From NCBI GenBank assembly GCA_040902535.1, contig JBBDXD010000001.1, forward strand, positions 145,161-209,160: a stretch of 64,000 bases of DNA. The letters are read 5' to 3'. A program made the position numbers and the translations under genes. Shown here piece after piece: positions 26,879-33,024 of the stretch (positions are counted from its first letter, which is position 1; the number at the start of each line of letters is the position of its first letter). The notes beneath the pieces were generated by a model that saw only the letters and a list, made by a program, of their open reading frames with translations, was not told the origin of the DNA and searched no databases. The DNA comes from Dehalococcoidia bacterium. GTDB lineage: Bacteria > Chloroflexota > Dehalococcoidia > DSTF01 > JACRBR01.

Positions 26879-27420
26879 TGGCACAGATTGTGATTGTGTC
26901 CGGCCCGCCGGCCAGCGGCAAGAGCACCGTCTGCGAAGCACTGTGCGAGCGCTATGACCGCACCGTACATCTGGAGACCGACGACGCCTACGGTTGGATC
27001 CGCATGGGCTTTGTGCGGCCATGGCACACGGATTCATCGCGCCAGAATATGATGGTGAGCCGGGCAGCGGCGCGAGCGGCCACTGCATTCGCCCAGGAGG
27101 GCTATGCCGTCTTCATCGACGGCGTGATCGGGCCCGCTCACCTCCCCGTGTATTTGGAAGAACTGGAGAAGGCGGGCGTCCCCGTCCATTTCGCCCTGCT
27201 GCTGCCCGCGCTCGATGTGGCAGTGCGGCGAGCCGCCCAGCGCGAAAAGCGCATCACAGGCGCAGAGGAGATGTTCCGGCGTGTCTACCCGATGTTCAGC
27301 GACGCGCCGAACTTCGCGGGTTGCACGATCGATACCAGCGACATGACGCCGATGCAAACGGCCGACCGCGTGATGGACGCATGCGGCGCCGGTTCGTGCC
27401 TGGTGCTGCCGAAGCCCTAG
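26878..27420 (+). CDS. P-loop NTPase/kinase-like protein (AAA_33/zeta-toxin-like small kinase fold)
   Basis: MAQIVIVSGPPASGKSTVCEAL Walker A at the N-terminus. The ATG overlaps the nadC stop (TGATG). Only the last 180 codons of the 370-aa track ORF are the real gene. Confidence 0.6.
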   Translation: MAQIVIVSGPPASGKSTVCEALCERYDRTVHLETDDAYGWIRMGFVRPWHTDSSRQNMMVSRAAARAATAFAQEGYAVFIDGVIGPAHLPVYLEELEKAGVPVHFALLLPALDVAVRRAAQREKRITGAEEMFRRVYPMFSDAPNFAGCTIDTSDMTPMQTADRVMDACGAGSCLVLPKP

Positions 27421-27881
27421 CTCCGACGCGGTCGATCCAGCTCCGCGCTGTCCACGACGATTGTCACCGGGCCATCGTTGACCAGCTCAACGTCCATCAT
27501 GGCGCCGAAGCTGCCCGTCGCGACGCGCAGGCCCAGCGCTTCGAGTTCATTCACGAACGCTGCGATCAGCGCCTCGGCGACTCCCGACGGCGCCGCGCCC
27601 GTGAAGCTCGGCCTCCGTCCCTTCCGCGTATCGGCGAGGAGTGTGAACTGGGACACGACCAACGCCTCGCCGCTTATGTCCAGCAGCGACGCGGCGAAGC
27701 GGCCCTCCTGGTTCCCGAAGATGCGCATCTCCGCACACTTTTTCGCCAGACGGCGCGCCGTCGCCTCATCGTCGCCGGCCGCCGCCCCCACGAGTATCAG
27801 CAGCCCGACGCCGATCTCGCCCGCGGTCTCACCGTCGAACCGGACGCTGGCGCGCCGCACGCGCTGCAGGACGATGCGCAA
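27417..27881 (-). CDS. dtd: D-aminoacyl-tRNA deacylase
   Basis: MRIVLQRV...GLLILVG...SQFTLLADTRKGRRPSF...GAMMDVELVNDGPVTIV. Its stop overlaps the convergent kinase stop (CTAG). Confidence 0.85.
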   Translation of the reverse strand: MRIVLQRVRRASVRFDGETAGEIGVGLLILVGAAAGDDEATARRLAKKCAEMRIFGNQEGRFAASLLDISGEALVVSQFTLLADTRKGRRPSFTGAAPSGVAEALIAAFVNELEALGLRVATGSFGAMMDVELVNDGPVTIVVDSAELDRPRRS

Positions 27882-28235
27882 TCAGCCCGCCGCGGCGCCT
27901 TCTGTCGCGGTGTCGGTAGATGTGGACTCCGTCGAAGCGGGGGTTGCAGGGGCGGCGGGGGCGGCGTCGTGGCTATGGCCGCCGGCGCCATGCTTGTGTC
28001 CGTGGCCATCAGCGGCTGCGGGCGTCGGTGCCGGCGTGGACGTGTCGTCTGAGCCGGAGCCGCGGCTGTCCGTCTTGTAGAAGCCGCTCCCCTTGAACAC
28101 GATGGGCGGCGCAAAAAGCACGCGCTGCGCCGCCTTGCCGCACTTGGGGCACTTCTGGCGCGCCGGGGCGCTGAACGTCTCGCGCTTTTCGTACTGGTCG
28201 CCGCAGCTTTCGCAGAGATACGCGTACGTGGGCAA
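27882..28235 (-). CDS. FmdB-family zinc-ribbon protein with Pro/Ala/Thr/His-rich tail
   Basis: LPTYAYLCESCGDQYEKRETFSAPARQKCPKCGK (CxxC...CxxC). TTG start at 28235, 9 nt after a GGAGGA Shine-Dalgarno. The ORF-track ATG at 28313 is probably too far upstream. Confidence 0.6.
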   Translation of the reverse strand: MPTYAYLCESCGDQYEKRETFSAPARQKCPKCGKAAQRVLFAPPIVFKGSGFYKTDSRGSGSDDTSTPAPTPAAADGHGHKHGAGGHSHDAAPAAPATPASTESTSTDTATEGAAAG

Positions 28236-28309
28236 TGTCGTCGATCCTCCAACGAGCCTAATATATGCGAAAAGTTTAGCTATCGGGTCAGGAATTCGGC
28301 AAGCGCCCG

Positions 28310-29059
28310 TCAATCATCTTCGGGCCTATTCGGATTGAAGAGCTGCGGACCCAGGTACAGGTCATCGAAATAGACATCGGCTACCGCCGCACCGTCCGCG
28401 GCGCCCTCCCGATCCCGCACTGCCAGCGAAAGCTCGAGGTACTCCCAGCCGATGGGATCCCAACCCAGCCGCGACCGGATCGCCTCCGGCACGGGATAGG
28501 AGAAGTACGTCCATTGCCCCGTCGAAGGTTCATCTCGGCTCAGGAAGACGAACGCCTCCGTCGGCGACGTGAACGGCTCCCGTGCCGCGCCTCCGAGCAT
28601 GAAATGCACTTCGTGGAGTTCACTGCCGTCCGGATGCCCGCCGCCGCGGATCGATACGACGAACTCTACGTACGGCGACATCCCCGGCGACTCCCAGCTA
28701 TCGACGTAGTAATAGCCCGAGACGAACTCCGGGAACGTATCACTGACGATGCGCTGCGTCGCGCCGGCGATCCTCGGCCCGGGCGCCGCATCGCCAGCCG
28801 GCAGTTCCAGCCGCAGGCTCAGCGTCCCCGTCCCGGGTTTGAGATTGGTGACGCGAAACTGCCGGTCCGGCGATGCGGCGAACCACGGATCGGCGCCTTG
28901 CTCGAAGCCGGCGTTCTGCAGGACGTTCGGCTGGACCGCCGGCGTCGGCGCCGCGATGACGGGCTGCTCAGCGAAGACGCCGCACGCCGCACAAGCGAAT
29001 GCCCCCAGTCCCGCAATCGCGAGCGCACCACGCTGTCCGAGCCGCCACCTACGCCGCAT
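28310..29059 (-). CDS. secreted hypothetical protein with CBM_4_9-like module
   Basis: Signal/lipobox-like MRRRWRLGQRGALAIAGLGAFACAACG. NAGFEQGADPW jelly-roll module start and a Trp/Tyr-rich C-terminal half. The track ORF starts 50 codons upstream in a low-complexity Arg-rich frame. Confidence 0.55.
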   Translation of the reverse strand: MRRRWRLGQRGALAIAGLGAFACAACGVFAEQPVIAAPTPAVQPNVLQNAGFEQGADPWFAASPDRQFRVTNLKPGTGTLSLRLELPAGDAAPGPRIAGATQRIVSDTFPEFVSGYYYVDSWESPGMSPYVEFVVSIRGGGHPDGSELHEVHFMLGGAAREPFTSPTEAFVFLSRDEPSTGQWTYFSYPVPEAIRSRLGWDPIGWEYLELSLAVRDREGAADGAAVADVYFDDLYLGPQLFNPNRPEDD

Positions 29060-29060
29060 T

Positions 29061-30014
29061 CTAGATCGGCGCCCCGCGTGCGGCGCCTCGCAGCGCGACG
29101 GTCCGAGGTTTCCCTGTCTTGCGGCGCGCGCCCCCGCTCGCGGCCGCGTTCGCGAGCTTCGTTGCACGGCGCGCCCTCGGCGCGCGCTGGCAGTTCGGAC
29201 AATACACACTGCTGCGACCGCCGACCTTGAGGCGCCGCATCACGCCGCCGCACTCGTTCAGGCACGGCTCGCCCTCGCGGCCGTACGCCTTCACGGTCTC
29301 CTGGTTGCGTCCCGGGTCGCCATCGAGGTTCACGTGGTCGCGCAGCGTCGTACCGAGCGAACTGCCGCGCCCTTCGATGCCCATGCGCAGCGCATCGATG
29401 ATGCCGGCGTGGAGGCGCGCGTAGTCGCCGGCGCTGAGCCGATTGGCCGGACGCAAAGGATGGATCTTCGCGTAGTGCAACGCTTCGTCTGTATAGAGAT
29501 TGCCCATGCCGGCGAGTACCGTCTGGTCGAGGATGACCGACTTGATCGGCGCTTTCCGCCTTCCCGCGCGCTGGCGCAGCACCGCCGGCGTAAACTCCGC
29601 CTCGAGCGGCTCCGGCCCGAGCGTCTCCATCACCATCGTCGCATCTTCGACGAGCCACATCGTGCCGAACTTCCGCAGGTCGGTCCACCGCAGCTCGTGT
29701 CCGTCGTCTAGTCCGAAGACGGCGCGTACGTAGTCGTCGGGCGGATCGACGGGGCGGCGATACAGGATGTTGCCGGACATGCGACGGTGGATCACCCAGG
29801 CGCGCCCGTCATCGAGATCGACGATCAGGTACTTGCCGCGCCGCCGCAACCCGGCGATCCGCCGCCCCGTGAGCTGCCTGCAGAACTCCAATGCCGGCAC
29901 GAGCTGCACAAGTTGCGGCGTGTCGGGCGCCACAAAACACGACGTGACGCTGCGCCCGATCACGCGCTGTTCCAGATCACGCCGGACAGTTTCGACTTCG
30001 GGAAGTTCAGGCAT
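29061..30014 (-). CDS. mutM: formamidopyrimidine-DNA glycosylase
   Basis: MPELPEVETVRRDLEQ (catalytic Pro2/Glu3), H2TH, zinc finger CPNCQR, plus a basic C-terminal extension. The 610-aa track ORF is an upstream in-frame shadow; ATG at 30014. Confidence 0.9.
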   Translation of the reverse strand: MPELPEVETVRRDLEQRVIGRSVTSCFVAPDTPQLVQLVPALEFCRQLTGRRIAGLRRRGKYLIVDLDDGRAWVIHRRMSGNILYRRPVDPPDDYVRAVFGLDDGHELRWTDLRKFGTMWLVEDATMVMETLGPEPLEAEFTPAVLRQRAGRRKAPIKSVILDQTVLAGMGNLYTDEALHYAKIHPLRPANRLSAGDYARLHAGIIDALRMGIEGRGSSLGTTLRDHVNLDGDPGRNQETVKAYGREGEPCLNECGGVMRRLKVGGRSSVYCPNCQRAPRARRATKLANAAASGGARRKTGKPRTVALRGAARGAPI

Positions 30015-30207
30015 GCGATGCAGGATAGCGCGAAGTTCGTATCCGGCGGCTGCATATGCCGCGCATCTGATCGTTCTCCTAAGCGCGGACGTCATCCACA
30101 ATAGAGTGGGATTCTGCGGACGGCGGGACACTTGTTCTGAGACGGATCGCGCCCAGATCAGCGCTGCTCGCCCCACGCCTGCGAGCGCGCCGGCTCGGAG
30201 GAAACGC

Positions 30208-30687
30208 ATGGATTGGCTCCCGGTCGAGGTCAAGGATCTGCTGCGCAGCGCGCTCGTCTGCGAGTTCACCGTCGTCGGCAAGCACGGCGAGCCGGTGACG
30301 CACCCGCTGTTGCCGCTGTGGGATGGCGACCGCGTGTACATGACCTCGAGCGTGTCGTTTTCGCGCAAGCTCGACCACATCAAGCGCGACGCTCGCGTCA
30401 GCCTGGCGATCAGCGATCCCGTGTCAGCGGGTGGCCTCGCATCGCGGTGCTGCGTGCAGGGCGACGCCCGGATCATCGAAGATGATCCGCACACGACGTG
30501 GGAGCAGGTGCTGCCGCTCTGGCGCGCCAAGGAGCCTGCCATCGACTTCTTCCTGAGCAAGCGATTCGCCCTGCCGCTCTTCTTCGAACGCTCGATCATC
30601 GAAATCACTCCGGTGCGCGCACTCTGGTGGCCCGACGGAGACGTCACGCACGTCCCGCTCGCCGCCGCCGCGAGGGAGGCCGCCTGA
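30208..30687 (+). CDS. pyridoxamine 5'-phosphate oxidase-like (split-barrel FMN/F420-binding) protein
   Basis: MDWLPVEVKDLLRSALVCEFTVVGKHGEPVTHPLLPLWDGDRVYMTSS... has typical PNPOx-like length and pattern. The stop overlaps the next start (ATGA). Confidence 0.65.
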   Translation: MDWLPVEVKDLLRSALVCEFTVVGKHGEPVTHPLLPLWDGDRVYMTSSVSFSRKLDHIKRDARVSLAISDPVSAGGLASRCCVQGDARIIEDDPHTTWEQVLPLWRAKEPAIDFFLSKRFALPLFFERSIIEITPVRALWWPDGDVTHVPLAAAAREAA

Positions 30688-32051
30688 TGAAGATCGACCG
30701 TGCGCTCTTCGACAAGCTCGCAACATATCCCCACGTCGTCGTGTCGTGGGTCGGCGACGATGGCTACCCGACGCAAACGGCAGCTTCGTTTGAGGCCGAC
30801 GCCGACGCATTGGAAGTGCGCATCGCGCGCACAGGCTTGCCGCTGCCGACCGACCGCCAGGTCAACGTCACCGTCAGCCACGTCCGCCCGCAACCCGGCA
30901 CCGGCTACGACCAGCGCCGCTACATCTGCCTCTGGGGCACGCTTGCCGAAGGTGACAAGGGCTTCACGCTCAAGCCCGAGCGGGCGTGGGGTTGGGACGA
31001 GCAGGAGACGCCGTTCTTCGAATACGTCGAGCGCTCAAACCCCGTCGCGATGGAGTACATGAGCAAGCTGTCGCTCGAGCGCGGCGCGCCGGTGAAGCCG
31101 CAACTCTCGCGGTTCTGGACGTTCCTCGTGGCGACGCGGTTGCCGTTCCTGACCGCGACGATCGTGCCCATCCTGCTCGGCATCGCCGTCGCGGCATACC
31201 ACGGGCACTTCAGCTGGTGGCTCGCCGCGCTCACGCTCATCGGCGGCATGGCCGTACACATCGGACTGAACGTCGCCAACGACGTCTTCGACGCCATGTC
31301 CGGCGCCGACGAAGCAAACGTCTCGCCGACGCAGTTCAGCGGCGGCTCGCGCGTGATCCAGCGCGGCCTCGTCACGCTGCGGCAGATGAGCACGATCTCG
31401 CTCGTCGCGTACGCGGTCGCCATAAGCATCGGCATCTTCCTGGTGATCAACCGCGCGTCGGTCGAACTGTTCGTCATCGGCGTAGCGGGCGTATTCCTGA
31501 GCGTCTTCTACACGGCGCCGCCCTTCCGGCTCGTGCATCATGGCCTCGGCGAACTCACCACGGCGCTCGGCTTCGGGCCGGTCATGGTGCTCGGCGCCTA
31601 CGTCGTGCAGGCGCAGCATCTATCGGGTGAGGCGTTCGTCGCGTCGGTCCCGGTCGCGATCCTGATCGCGCTGATCCTGTACGTGAACGAGATCCCGGAC
31701 CGCCACAGCGATGCGAAGGTGGGGAAGCGGACGTTGCCCGTGCGCATGGGACAGGCGCTCGTCACGCAGGGCTTCCTCGTGGCGGCGCTTTCGGCATTTG
31801 CGGTCGTCGCGATCGGGGCGGCGACGGGCTATCTGCCGCGCCCGACGCTCATCGCGTTGCTGGCGCTGCCGCTCGCCTTCAAGGTCTACGACGGCATCCG
31901 CGCCCACTACAACCGCCCGTACGACCTCATGGCAACCATGGGGCACAACGTGCAGTTGCACCTGCTCACCGGCGTGCTGCTCTTCACGGGCTACATGGTG
32001 GCCGTCATCGCCGACAAGGTGATGGATTCGCCGCCGGGGATCTTGAGTTAG
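30687..32051 (+). CDS. fusion protein: PNPOx-like domain plus UbiA/MenA-family polyprenyltransferase
   Basis: About 170-aa N-terminal PNPOx-like region (HVVVSWVGDDGYPTQTAASF...). Then about 8 TM helices with NDVFDAMSGAD (NDxxDxxxD motif 1) and YVNEIPDRHSDAKVGKRTLPV (motif 2), characteristic of MenA/UbiA prenyltransferases. Confidence 0.8.
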   Translation: MKIDRALFDKLATYPHVVVSWVGDDGYPTQTAASFEADADALEVRIARTGLPLPTDRQVNVTVSHVRPQPGTGYDQRRYICLWGTLAEGDKGFTLKPERAWGWDEQETPFFEYVERSNPVAMEYMSKLSLERGAPVKPQLSRFWTFLVATRLPFLTATIVPILLGIAVAAYHGHFSWWLAALTLIGGMAVHIGLNVANDVFDAMSGADEANVSPTQFSGGSRVIQRGLVTLRQMSTISLVAYAVAISIGIFLVINRASVELFVIGVAGVFLSVFYTAPPFRLVHHGLGELTTALGFGPVMVLGAYVVQAQHLSGEAFVASVPVAILIALILYVNEIPDRHSDAKVGKRTLPVRMGQALVTQGFLVAALSAFAVVAIGAATGYLPRPTLIALLALPLAFKVYDGIRAHYNRPYDLMATMGHNVQLHLLTGVLLFTGYMVAVIADKVMDSPPGILS

Positions 32052-32079
32052 ATTCCGGTCGCGACATCGACGCCGATCG

Positions 32080-32964
32080 TCATACGTCCGGCGGCTGAAG
32101 TCGCGGCAGATCCCTGCAGTCAAGCGACACGAACGACCCGCTGAAGAACGGCTCCCATTGATCCGCGGCGCCAATGAGCGGCGGCCCGCCATGGAGCAGG
32201 TTCACGCGGTAGAAGTGCCGTCGCGCCGGCACGATGCCGCGCCATTCGAAGACGGTGCCTGACGGCGGGAATGGACCGGCGCCGATGAACGTGCCCGGTG
32301 GAAATCCGTTGTCGAGCAACGGGTTGCGCGGGCTCGCGAATAGCGTCAGATCGATCCACTGCTGCTGCACAGGCCGATCGGGCGTAAGAAACGCGGGTGC
32401 CAGGCGGAAGGTGACCTGCGACGTGCCGTCACCGAAGCAGGCGTACTCACCGATGAACTGGCAGTTCGGCGTCTCGAAGCTGCCGCGTCCCACTTCGCGC
32501 CATTCGTTGCCGAAGCGCGCGTTCAGCCGAAAGTAGTGCGTCTCTGCCGGGATCAGGTTCCACCATCGCGGCACCTGCGTCGTGAGTCCGACCTCCGGCA
32601 CGAACGGCCCCATGCCCAGGAATGTGCCCGGCGCGAAGTTGTTGTTGAAGAGCGAAATATCGATCCAGATCGCGTCCGGCACCGCCCCGAACTTCAGCCG
32701 AAGATCGTCGGTCCCGGGTATTCGGAAGCGTGCCTGTGCGCCGGTGTCTCCGGGGCAGTCGATGCCCGAGACGAAATTATCCGGTGGCGCGCTCTGCGCC
32801 CACGCGCGATCCGCGCCAGCCGGCCCCATGACGGCGGCGCCCAGAAGTACAATGATGGCTGCCAGCGAGGATTGCACCGATACCCTCCCATCGCCCGTTG
32901 CGACACTATCAGTGTGAAGCTGCTCAATTGCGCGTACCTTGGATTCCGCGGCGAGGCGTTGCAA
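32080..32964 (-). CDS. secreted hypothetical protein with an internal tandem duplication
   Basis: Signal-peptide-like SSLAAIIVLLGAAVMGPAGADRAWAQS. Two about 90-aa repeats begin WIDISLFNNNFAPGTFLGMGPF... and WIDLTLFASPRNPLLDNGFPPGTFIGAGPF...; the true start is uncertain. Confidence 0.5.
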   Translation of the reverse strand: MQRLAAESKVRAIEQLHTDSVATGDGRVSVQSSLAAIIVLLGAAVMGPAGADRAWAQSAPPDNFVSGIDCPGDTGAQARFRIPGTDDLRLKFGAVPDAIWIDISLFNNNFAPGTFLGMGPFVPEVGLTTQVPRWWNLIPAETHYFRLNARFGNEWREVGRGSFETPNCQFIGEYACFGDGTSQVTFRLAPAFLTPDRPVQQQWIDLTLFASPRNPLLDNGFPPGTFIGAGPFPPSGTVFEWRGIVPARRHFYRVNLLHGGPPLIGAADQWEPFFSGSFVSLDCRDLPRLQPPDV

Positions 32965-33024
32965 TCCTCATCCATCCGGTGAGGAGAGCACAAACCGTCA
33001 AGCACAGGTGGGTTTAGGGGAGCA

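Noticed and set aside
29061-30893. 610-aa reverse-strand ORF called as a single long protein
   Set aside because: Only the C-terminal 317 codons, from MPELPEVETVRR, are Fpg/MutM. The upstream 293 codons are a Ser/Arg-rich open frame that overlaps the well-supported divergent PNPOx gene (30208-30687).
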